A stretch of 64,000 nucleotides of DNA, taken from IMG/VR virus record IMGVR_UViG_3300021093_000004; one strand, given 5' to 3'. Positions 56,620-64,000 of the stretch are shown in pieces. The notes beneath the pieces are model-generated. The model did not search any database, had not been told where the DNA came from, and was given only the letters and a program-made list of their open reading frames with translations. Source of the DNA: a virus (taxonomy: Duplodnaviria; Caudoviricetes). Made by a program: the position numbers and the translations under genes. Every line of letters starts with the position of its first letter. Position 1 is the stretch's first letter.

Positions 56620-57080
56620 AATTCACCATCTTCTGCGATGTTGTTGTAAAGGACGAAGGTCAGGCCACTCAAATGGCGGGATGTGGTGTCGCCATTATCG
56701 CTGAAGAAGGTGCACGATCGAAAAAACGATCATACTCGTTCGGTCTTGGTGGTTCTGATACCGAACTATCTAATATCCAGGTTGTCAGGCTTGCATTAGC
56801 ATCGGTGCTGCCGCCGTTTCGCAAGTCTGAAGTTCTTCTGCATGTCACTGACAGAAGAGCGATCGATCTTTTGGCCCGGTCTGGGGCTGATTATAGTATA
56901 ACGCCTGACAAATATCAAGTCGAAATCGCTGAATTGCGAAAATGGTATAAGTATTATTCCAATATCACATTTATCCTTGATGCCAGTGCTGATAAAAATA
57001 TCATTGAAGCCCATGGTTTGGCAACTGCTGCTTGCCAGACTCAGAAGAATACTGATTCTAACACCATTGATATCTCGTAG
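56616..57080 (+). CDS. degenerate RNase H-fold protein
   Basis: FTIFCD...AGCGVAII...SFGLG; helix lacking the catalytic Glu; AHGLA near the C-terminus. Confidence 0.55.
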   Translation: MKFTIFCDVVVKDEGQATQMAGCGVAIIAEEGARSKKRSYSFGLGGSDTELSNIQVVRLALASVLPPFRKSEVLLHVTDRRAIDLLARSGADYSITPDKYQVEIAELRKWYKYYSNITFILDASADKNIIEAHGLATAACQTQKNTDSNTIDIS

Positions 57081-57129
57081 TGTTGAAATAGCGACATGAT
57101 TCGCTTTATCGAGATTGATTGAGGATTAA

Positions 57130-57900
57130 ATGTCTCTTGAAGTTAAATTGACTAGCATACGAGTTAATAAAAGTCGAAAGATTAATGATGTAGATGTAAA
57201 ACGAGACAGCGAAGAAATCTATAATATTGATGGAACAGAATACTCACTCGATGGTGCTGTAGAATATTTGTCATCCAAAAAATCGCATAATCCCGGCGAA
57301 ATCGCCTATTCAAAGACTGCGTTTTTGTTGGTAGAACCTCCTTCACGGGTAATCTCTGCGCATCAAGCCAAGAATCGGCAGGACCACAAGGCATTAATTG
57401 CCAAAGCGAATGTAAAAGGATTATATCTATATTATGCGGACGTGAAATGTAGAGATGGGAAATATTATGCCGTCAAACCATGGATAGTCGATTGGGAGAC
57501 CGTCCCTGAACACCCAGAAGAAATTGCGAAACGCGAGGCCCAACAGGAGAAAAAGAAGGCAAAGGAAGCAACAAAAGAGGTACCTGAAACGCCAGAACAA
57601 GACTCGCTTACATGCCCGTATTGCTCCAAACGTATGTCAAGTACATCTGGCTTGACGCTTCATATAAAATCCAAACATCCGGATAAATTAAACCAGCATC
57701 AAACAAGCACGATGCTGGATGAAGACGACGTGGTAAGTCGTGCGTCTGAAGTGGAAGAAGTCGGACAATCACAGAGTCTCGATAGTCTTCAATGTCCGTT
57801 TTGTGATAAAAAGATGACCAGCACTCCTGGCAGAACTCTGCATATTAAAAGCAAGCATCCAGAGCGATTAGCGGAATATTTGGAGATGGATCGTGACTGA
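57130..57900 (+). CDS. protein with two classical C2H2 zinc fingers
   Basis: C-x2-C-x12-H-x4-H at 57613-57678 and 57793-57858. Confidence 0.85.
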   Translation: MSLEVKLTSIRVNKSRKINDVDVKRDSEEIYNIDGTEYSLDGAVEYLSSKKSHNPGEIAYSKTAFLLVEPPSRVISAHQAKNRQDHKALIAKANVKGLYLYYADVKCRDGKYYAVKPWIVDWETVPEHPEEIAKREAQQEKKKAKEATKEVPETPEQDSLTCPYCSKRMSSTSGLTLHIKSKHPDKLNQHQTSTMLDEDDVVSRASEVEEVGQSQSLDSLQCPFCDKKMTSTPGRTLHIKSKHPERLAEYLEMDRD

Positions 57901-60631
57901 CACATGGGAACAGCTAGAATCACTTGCCCGATCCGCATTAGAGAAACGCGGACTGAATGGCGTGTATAGCGAACGTCTCGATTTCGAACTCAAAGAGATC
58001 GATAAGCAAGGTGCGAATGCTTATTGGCTTGCACTGGTGTCTGCTGATAAAAAGTTTAAGTCCAATCCGAGCATGCTGGTATTGCCATGGTTGTTGGGAA
58101 TGGTTCAAGATGACCCCATTGCCAATCGTAAGGAACCGATGCTGTGCAGTGTGCGTGCGTCGGTGGTCAAAGAGCATTTGCGAACGCACGGCAAAATCCC
58201 ATCGGATCTGATTAAAGATCAGGACATGCCGGATATTGACCTCGATTGCTTGCCGGAAGCACGAGACCCGATTAAAGAATATGCAATGGAGCAATATGGG
58301 GTCGGATTGAATGATGATGGTTACGGTCCTGTGTGTAGTGTCGGCACGTGGCAGACATATAAATTCAAATCGGCGATCATGGACGTGTCAAAAGCTCTGG
58401 AAGCTGTTGATCCGGCAAGAGTTTTCGAACTAACCAAGAAACTACCGGAAGACGTAGACAATCTTAAAGATGGCGGATATGCTGCGTGCAAGAACCGCGT
58501 TATCGATGGAATTACTAATCAAGAAAAAGAATGTGGGACAGTTCACGATCAAGCTGTGTGTCCGTCGTGTGGGTCATCGGACACTGATGCTCCCACTATT
58601 GGTAAGCTTTTGCAAGAACACGCTGATTTAGCTGCGTTCAATCGGCTTTTTCCAACAGTTATAGACTATGCAGTGAAACTAGTTGGGCGTATCCGAAATA
58701 TGGGTATGCACGCCGGGGCGTTGATTATCGCCGATCGAACGTTGTATGGCAATATTCCACTCGCGAAGAATAGCAATCGTGGATACTGGGTGTCGATGTG
58801 GACAGAAGGCAGAAATACTCAACTGTCGAAATTTGGATATTGCAAATGGGACGTTCTTGGATTAAAGACTCTTGAATATATCTTCAGATGCTCTCAGCTT
58901 ATTGAACAAAATCGCGGTATTACATTTGGTCCAAATGCCGAAGGCTGGGATGATATTGACCCTCTTCAAAATCGTGCGGGGCATTATTTTGATGGCTGTG
59001 GGAAAAAGTGCTACATCAATCTGAATGATCCACACGCTCTCAAACTTGCTAACGAGCAGAAGACTGATGCTGTTTTCCAATTTGATACCGATCTAGCCAA
59101 AAGTTTTTTGGCACACGGTGTCCGGCATTTTAATGACTTGATGTTGATAAACGCTATGGGCCACCCTGGGCCGATGGCATCGATTCCTGAAGCAATGCAA
59201 AATCGAGATGATAAGAAGGCATTGTGGAAACAGAAGCTTCATCCGGATATCTTGCAAGTTCTCGAAGACACTTATGGGGTTATTGTCTATCAAGAGCAGT
59301 TGCAGGCCATATGGCAACGCTTGGCTGGGTTCACCGCGCCGGAAGCTCAGGAAGCCCGGAAAGCTGTTGCTAAAAAATGGGCACATAAATTGAAGCCGAT
59401 TCGGGCTAAATGGATCGATGGTGCCTCGAAAACTCTTGGTCGTGCTGAAGCCGAATTATGGTGGACCAAGATGGAAACGTTCGGGCGATATGCATTCAAT
59501 AAATCTCACTCTGTGTCATATTGTTTAGTGGCTCTTCGCTGTTTATGGTTAAAGGCCCATTTCGCTCCGGAGTTTTGGGCTGCGGTGATGAGCGATTGTC
59601 ATCCGGATAAACTGGTTAGGTATATGAGTGTTGCTCGTGCCGAAGACTGGCACCCGACTGATATCACGTATTCCGGGCGTGCTCCGAAAGTGCGAGCCAA
59701 AGGCATCACATTTGGAACGTTGAACATTGATAATCTCACCGTCAATTATACTGTTACTGATGATATTGTCAATCAGGGACTCATTGGAATTAAAAAAGTC
59801 GGTGACAAAGCTGCTGAAGTATTCGCCGGTCGTGGTAATTGGACTAGCATCGATGAATTTGTTGAGTCGTCAGAAGGCAGACGAAATAAGACTGTTTTAG
59901 AGCGATTCATCAAACTTGGCGCGTTCGGTTCAATTAAGGGTCATGAAAATTCTCAAGCATTGTGGCAGTGGTACCAATACCAATATTGCTCTGGTGTGAC
60001 TGCATTGAGGACGGAAATTCGGCAGAAACTACTGGCCGAAGATGGTTGGAATGACAAGACCATCAATGAGGAACGGAATCGACAGATTGACGAATATAAG
60101 CGTCAATTTCCGAATCGTCGTAAAATTCCGCCTAAATTCAATAATTGGGTACCTAAGCCTGACGACACCCGCGAACGAGTAATGGCGTTGTATCGGGAAG
60201 ACTTTAGCCAAGCCGAGAAACTTGCGTTTCAGAAAGAATTTTTGGGCTATTATCTTGACTCACCTTTGGAATTGTTTGCTATTCGCGGTGGATGCACTAT
60301 CAAAGATGCAAAAGCTGCGTGCATTGCTGGTGCTGAAGATGCTCATCTTGAGGTCATGGTGGTTGACCAACAGTTTGCGACTACGAAACCGCGTGACGGT
60401 CGAAGTGGGTCACAATATGTCAAACTGACTGTGACAGATGGCATTCAACGAACCATGATATTTATATGGAATAATGAATTATCTTGTCAAGATCCTCAAA
60501 ATTTGGTCGAAGGTGCAGGCATCCGCATGCGAGTACGATACGACAAGCAGCGTGGCACATTCAGTATGTGTCATGGTTCGAATATAATTAGCTTACGTCG
60601 CTATCAAGAAGACGAAAATGCAACTACCTGA
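57893..60631 (+). CDS. dnaE: DNA polymerase III alpha, C-terminal part (catalytic PDxD through OB fold)
   Basis: MPDIDLD (58226-58246), GMHAGALII, KWDVLGLKTL, AVFQF, TYGVIVYQEQ, YAFNKSH, LKAHFAPEF, GLIGIKKVG, LGYYL. Confidence 0.93.
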   Translation: MTDTWEQLESLARSALEKRGLNGVYSERLDFELKEIDKQGANAYWLALVSADKKFKSNPSMLVLPWLLGMVQDDPIANRKEPMLCSVRASVVKEHLRTHGKIPSDLIKDQDMPDIDLDCLPEARDPIKEYAMEQYGVGLNDDGYGPVCSVGTWQTYKFKSAIMDVSKALEAVDPARVFELTKKLPEDVDNLKDGGYAACKNRVIDGITNQEKECGTVHDQAVCPSCGSSDTDAPTIGKLLQEHADLAAFNRLFPTVIDYAVKLVGRIRNMGMHAGALIIADRTLYGNIPLAKNSNRGYWVSMWTEGRNTQLSKFGYCKWDVLGLKTLEYIFRCSQLIEQNRGITFGPNAEGWDDIDPLQNRAGHYFDGCGKKCYINLNDPHALKLANEQKTDAVFQFDTDLAKSFLAHGVRHFNDLMLINAMGHPGPMASIPEAMQNRDDKKALWKQKLHPDILQVLEDTYGVIVYQEQLQAIWQRLAGFTAPEAQEARKAVAKKWAHKLKPIRAKWIDGASKTLGRAEAELWWTKMETFGRYAFNKSHSVSYCLVALRCLWLKAHFAPEFWAAVMSDCHPDKLVRYMSVARAEDWHPTDITYSGRAPKVRAKGITFGTLNIDNLTVNYTVTDDIVNQGLIGIKKVGDKAAEVFAGRGNWTSIDEFVESSEGRRNKTVLERFIKLGAFGSIKGHENSQALWQWYQYQYCSGVTALRTEIRQKLLAEDGWNDKTINEERNRQIDEYKRQFPNRRKIPPKFNNWVPKPDDTRERVMALYREDFSQAEKLAFQKEFLGYYLDSPLELFAIRGGCTIKDAKAACIAGAEDAHLEVMVVDQQFATTKPRDGRSGSQYVKLTVTDGIQRTMIFIWNNELSCQDPQNLVEGAGIRMRVRYDKQRGTFSMCHGSNIISLRRYQEDENATT

Positions 60632-61181
60632 TAAATCCGGAATCTCTTGTGATTCGTGTGGGATCACGTATCGCACAGATTTTTCATATTATTCGTTTGA
60701 TTTTCATAATGTCGCTGTTTATAATAATCAGCGACCTCCCATAGATACCATTATTCGATCCAATACTATATTTTCTGTTGATATTTGTACCAATTGCTTC
60801 GAAATTATAAGGAAAACGCTGATAGACAACTATTCCGAAATCATGGCTCCGAAGCGTGCAGCAAAACCGACACCGACTGTTACATGTGAGATGACCGGAA
60901 AGAAGCTTGCCGGAACATATGAATATTATTATTGTGTCGTCGCCAAAGCAAATGTCAAAATGTCTGGACAGCCAAATGTGTGCGTCAAATGCAGGACGCA
61001 GACTTTTGACAGCGATAAGCCGTGTTCGAAATGCTCTGGGAAGGAATTTATTCGGCTCGCTGCTATGGACATTGATCGTCGGCATGTCGAGATAAGTATG
61101 TGCGAGGAAGCGTACAAAGCATTTGTAATCAAAGCCGAGACGATTCGCAAGACGGCTGGGCAATGGTCAACTAAATCATGA
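60618..61181 (+). CDS. Cys-rich (multiple CxxC) hypothetical protein
   Basis: CDSC, CTNC, CVKC, CSKC. Confidence 0.7.
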   Translation: MQLPDKSGISCDSCGITYRTDFSYYSFDFHNVAVYNNQRPPIDTIIRSNTIFSVDICTNCFEIIRKTLIDNYSEIMAPKRAAKPTPTVTCEMTGKKLAGTYEYYYCVVAKANVKMSGQPNVCVKCRTQTFDSDKPCSKCSGKEFIRLAAMDIDRRHVEISMCEEAYKAFVIKAETIRKTAGQWSTKS

Positions 61182-61221
61182 AGCGAACATGGTTGCGTGC
61201 GATCTTGGTTTACCTTATTCG

Positions 61222-61229
61222 TATAAATA
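61222..61229 (+). promoter_or_regulatory. TATAAATA late-promoter-like site
   Basis: Exact motif in the intergenic gap upstream of 61345. Confidence 0.4.
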
Positions 61230-61344
61230 TATAGACAACACCGCAGTAATAATTATCACAATGATAGCCCACAAAGCCTGTTCGAAATGCCGGTTAATCA
61301 AACATGAAATATATCAGTAACTGTGACTCGACAGGAATATTGAG

Positions 61345-61635
61345 ATGAGAGCTTTCACTGAAGCATATGCGGAGTTACTCGAAGGAGTGGCTAAAAAATA
61401 TCAGAATCCAGAAGGCGGATTAAATTCCAAGGGTAGAGCACATTTCAAACGCACGGAAGGGGCGAATTTAAAGCCTCCTGTAAGCTCAAAGCAAGCATCC
61501 AAGTCTCCTGCTAAAGCTAAAAGAAGACGGTCTTTCTGTTCTCGGATGGGCGGTCAGAAGAAAATGCATAATATAGACTGTAGTGCCACACCTGATAAAG
61601 ATATATGTAAGGCACTTAGAAAATGGGATTGTTAA
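61345..61635 (+). CDS. DUF6321-like conserved myophage protein
   Basis: GGLNSKGR...NLKPPV...RRRSFCSRMGG.K...ALRKWDC. Confidence 0.8.
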   Translation: MRAFTEAYAELLEGVAKKYQNPEGGLNSKGRAHFKRTEGANLKPPVSSKQASKSPAKAKRRRSFCSRMGGQKKMHNIDCSATPDKDICKALRKWDC

Positions 61636-61706
61636 TCAATGAGTCGGCTTACGATAAGCTGACCAAGTATGAAGACTAGCGATGTATATATTGCGTGGAG
61701 GACACC

Positions 61707-62282
61707 ATGCAATATAATCCATACGATCTTGTGCCGCTAGTTCTAAACGGTCAATCTACGTTCGGGCGACCAACCGCTTTCGATTCTGATGTCGTCGATC
61801 AGATGGCGATGAAGAATGCGTTTGGAAAATATGTCAAGCCGACACAAGTTACGACAACTTGCCCTGATTGCGGGCAGGGGTTTACGCTTGATGTGGAACT
61901 GTCAGAACCCCCATTTAATTCACATCAATGTTCGTGCCCGATCTGTAAGCCAGCACCGCCCCCGATGCTCGATCCGTTTACAAATCCAATAACGTCTGAG
62001 CGGATCACTGTTAACGAGCTTGATCCGATGCTTCACAATATCTCTAAACCTGTTGTACCCACAACGACGGTTGCAGAACGGATTAAGGAGCCGAAGAAAA
62101 AGAAACGCAAAGAAGAAAAACCGAAAGAAGAAAAACCGAAAGAAATACTCAAGCAAGCGGAACGACCTATACATTCTGATGGTGGTTTTATTGAATATCC
62201 AGAAGCATCTCATAAACTAGAGCCAGCCGAAGGAATGGAGGATGAAATTGAATTTAATGACGATGATCTTGTGGAACCATAA
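61707..62282 (+). CDS. Zn-ribbon hypothetical protein with Lys/Glu repeats
   Basis: CPDC...CPIC; GGAGG SD before ATG 61707. Confidence 0.65.
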   Translation: MQYNPYDLVPLVLNGQSTFGRPTAFDSDVVDQMAMKNAFGKYVKPTQVTTTCPDCGQGFTLDVELSEPPFNSHQCSCPICKPAPPPMLDPFTNPITSERITVNELDPMLHNISKPVVPTTTVAERIKEPKKKKRKEEKPKEEKPKEILKQAERPIHSDGGFIEYPEASHKLEPAEGMEDEIEFNDDDLVEP

Positions 62283-63238
62283 TGAATATTATTTTCGGAT
62301 CTGGAATTGTCGGGTTATTAGCTCGCTTCCTGCTTGGGCCAAGCTGGAAAATAATTCCGTTTTATCGTAGCCGATTTTTCAGCTTTAATCCCGCATTAGA
62401 TGATAATTTTATAATCCGTGATGATAAATTAGATCCGTTCATCAATGATGTGTCTAAGATGATAAACGTACCAATCTTCGTTTACCAACGAGTTTGGTCT
62501 GTGTCCGGTGAATTGACTAAGCAGTTTGACAAAGATTTATGTCACGCTTGGATGTATAAACTCTTTGGAGCCGATATTCCATCACAGTCACAAGTATACT
62601 TTGCTGACCGTATGAATTTATTCGTGTATGATATAAGAATAAATCAGTTGTATCAAGCGTTGACCAATAAATTTATTGATGAATTGAAGGCGGAGAACGT
62701 GGCGGGTCCGGTGACAGAAATTGGAGATCATTATATAATAAGGGGTGGAAAACGCCTCGATTTTGATAATGCTGTTAGCACAATTCCTCTCGACGCACTA
62801 TTTGAATTGTCAAAATTTCAACATAACCTTCGTGCTAAGACCCTTCATTATTTGCATGTTCAAACCGATGATTTGAATTTTGAGGGGGCTAATCAGGTTT
62901 TGGTTACGGACCAACTCATCGACTTTTACAAAGTCACACACATTGCACCGAGACGATATCTATTTCATTGTCATAACAATATACCAAATCCTGGTTTGTA
63001 TTTGATGCAATTTATGCGGCAATTCGACATTATTGACGGAACGTCTATTGAAGGGGCGATTCCGATTGGTCAGATCCCAAAATTAGACGAATTAGAAAAA
63101 CGCGGGATTTATTGTATTGGAAGTTCAGCACAATGGGACTGGTGCATGGATGTCGGAAGTTGTATTTTGCGTCTAATGAGGTATTCGCAACGTGGCAATA
63201 AACCCAACACCGTTACAGAATTCAAACTCAACGAATAA
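62282..63238 (+). CDS. FAD/NAD(P)-binding Rossmann-like protein
   Basis: IIFGSGIVGLL, VSTIPL, C-terminal IYCIGSSAQW. Confidence 0.6.
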   Translation: MNIIFGSGIVGLLARFLLGPSWKIIPFYRSRFFSFNPALDDNFIIRDDKLDPFINDVSKMINVPIFVYQRVWSVSGELTKQFDKDLCHAWMYKLFGADIPSQSQVYFADRMNLFVYDIRINQLYQALTNKFIDELKAENVAGPVTEIGDHYIIRGGKRLDFDNAVSTIPLDALFELSKFQHNLRAKTLHYLHVQTDDLNFEGANQVLVTDQLIDFYKVTHIAPRRYLFHCHNNIPNPGLYLMQFMRQFDIIDGTSIEGAIPIGQIPKLDELEKRGIYCIGSSAQWDWCMDVGSCILRLMRYSQRGNKPNTVTEFKLNE

Positions 63239-63950
63239 TTATATAATTATTCCTGCTAGACTGGCATCGACAAGATTGCCAAGAAAATTATTACTGACCG
63301 ATACAGGCCATCCACTCATTTGGCACACCATTCAACGTGCATTGGAATCGAAACTTGCCGATAATATTATAGTCGCGACTGAAGATCCTGAGATTTACTC
63401 AGCCGTAGAGTCATATTCGATTCCTCGTGTTTCTGCTGTTATGACCCCACCCTGTAACAATGGTACGCAACGAGTCTCTGTAGTTCAGGAACGGCTTCCA
63501 GAATCTCGAATTATTATTAATTTACAGGGTGATGAACCAGAATTACCTGGAATCTATATTGATGAATTGATTGCTGTTCTAGATAATAGTCAATCTGCGA
63601 TTGCCACTATCGCTGCTCCAGCTACTGACGATGAAGTCAATTCGCCATCTGTCGTCAAAGTCACGGTAACGCAGCCACCGCATAGAGCATTATACTTCAG
63701 TCGTTCTCGGATTCCATACGCAGGTCCGGTATTAAAGCATTTTGGATTATATGCATATACCCCAATATTCTTTAATGCTTATCGGTCTGAAAAATTCGAC
63801 ACTCAGTATCCCTCCGAATCTTTAGAACAGTTATCATGGTTAGAAAATCGTTGGACTATCGATGTGCTTGTAAAGAATCGTATTGATAACGTCGGGATTG
63901 ATACCCGCGAAGAGTATGATGCTTTTGTACAACGATGGCGAGTTAGTTAG
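63192..63950 (+). CDS. kdsB: 3-deoxy-manno-octulosonate cytidylyltransferase (CMP-Kdo synthetase)
   Basis: IIPARLASTRLPRKLL, VATED, NGTQR, NLQGDEP, VKV, ALYFSRS.IP, H.GLYAY, ESLEQL.WLE, GIDT.E. Confidence 0.92.
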   Translation: MAINPTPLQNSNSTNNYIIIPARLASTRLPRKLLLTDTGHPLIWHTIQRALESKLADNIIVATEDPEIYSAVESYSIPRVSAVMTPPCNNGTQRVSVVQERLPESRIIINLQGDEPELPGIYIDELIAVLDNSQSAIATIAAPATDDEVNSPSVVKVTVTQPPHRALYFSRSRIPYAGPVLKHFGLYAYTPIFFNAYRSEKFDTQYPSESLEQLSWLENRWTIDVLVKNRIDNVGIDTREEYDAFVQRWRVS

Positions 63951-64000
63951 TCTCGTCGGTATTGGTGTCGTTAAATGGTGTAAATACATAATGCGGGACC

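Noticed and set aside
55980-58250. Split intein or group I intron joining the dnaE halves
   Set aside because: No intein terminal residues and no P7 or R/S motifs were seen; the gap is filled by three ordinary co-directional ORFs.
1084-61150. Many antisense and alternate-frame ORFs in the track (for example 1084, 3071, 19050, 26258-29746, 37339, 53065, 57938)
   Set aside because: They are shadows of better-supported genes on the opposite strand or frame and have no family motifs.
1-64000. Genome-wide stop-codon reassignment (TAG or TGA)
   Set aside because: Long genes up to 1653 aa are open in code 11, and TAG or TGA terminate genes at tight junctions (50734, 53880, 57080, 63950; ATGA overlaps). 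In-frame stops are confined to three local cases.
1-64000. CRISPR array, tRNA, rRNA, integrase or transposase
   Set aside because: No repeat-spacer periodicity (the tandem repeats are head-to-tail), no cloverleaf with a T-loop and CCA, and no recombinase motifs were seen.

Overview
This window is most likely a 64-kb segment of a large (jumbo-type, T4-like) dsDNA phage genome in the standard genetic code. No capsid or terminase gene lies in the window, so viral identity is inferred from dense gene packing and gene content: a gp46/gp47-like nuclease pair, a gp55-like sigma factor, ThyX, dUTPase, a split DnaE, virion-type proteins and TATAAATA/AAATA late-promoter-like motifs. A Planctomycetota host is suggested by a planctomycete-type MerR HTH, CsrA, a sulfatase and a sialidase-like gene (inference). 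Main observations: (1) a PurZ-clade 2-aminoadenine (Z) nucleotide synthase (GSCGKG, CTSR, TTVTKRLRR, LNFANY) in an apparent operon with a nucleoside deoxyribosyltransferase/N-glycosidase-like gene and a degenerate DeoC, in a genome segment whose recognisable replicase is a family C DnaE rather than a family A DpoZ; (2) that DnaE is split into two genes between its RGS and PDxD palm motifs, with a partial duplication, no visible intein and three intervening genes, one carrying two C2H2 zinc fingers; (3) an ORF-poor region of about 600 nt (48.25-48.85 kb) that folds by eye into nested long-range helices, a candidate large ncRNA; (4) small gene cassettes inserted at gene termini with short direct repeats (17 bp at rnhA, 32 bp at 40.2-40.5 kb); (5) a volactin-like actin, two divergent sigma-like genes, NucS, CsrA, and a large glycan-synthesis and radical SAM cluster; (6) two pseudogenes (DHH phosphoesterase, RusA) and an amber-interrupted ORF that the ORF track misses or truncates. 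All family calls are from motif recognition by eye; no database search was run.
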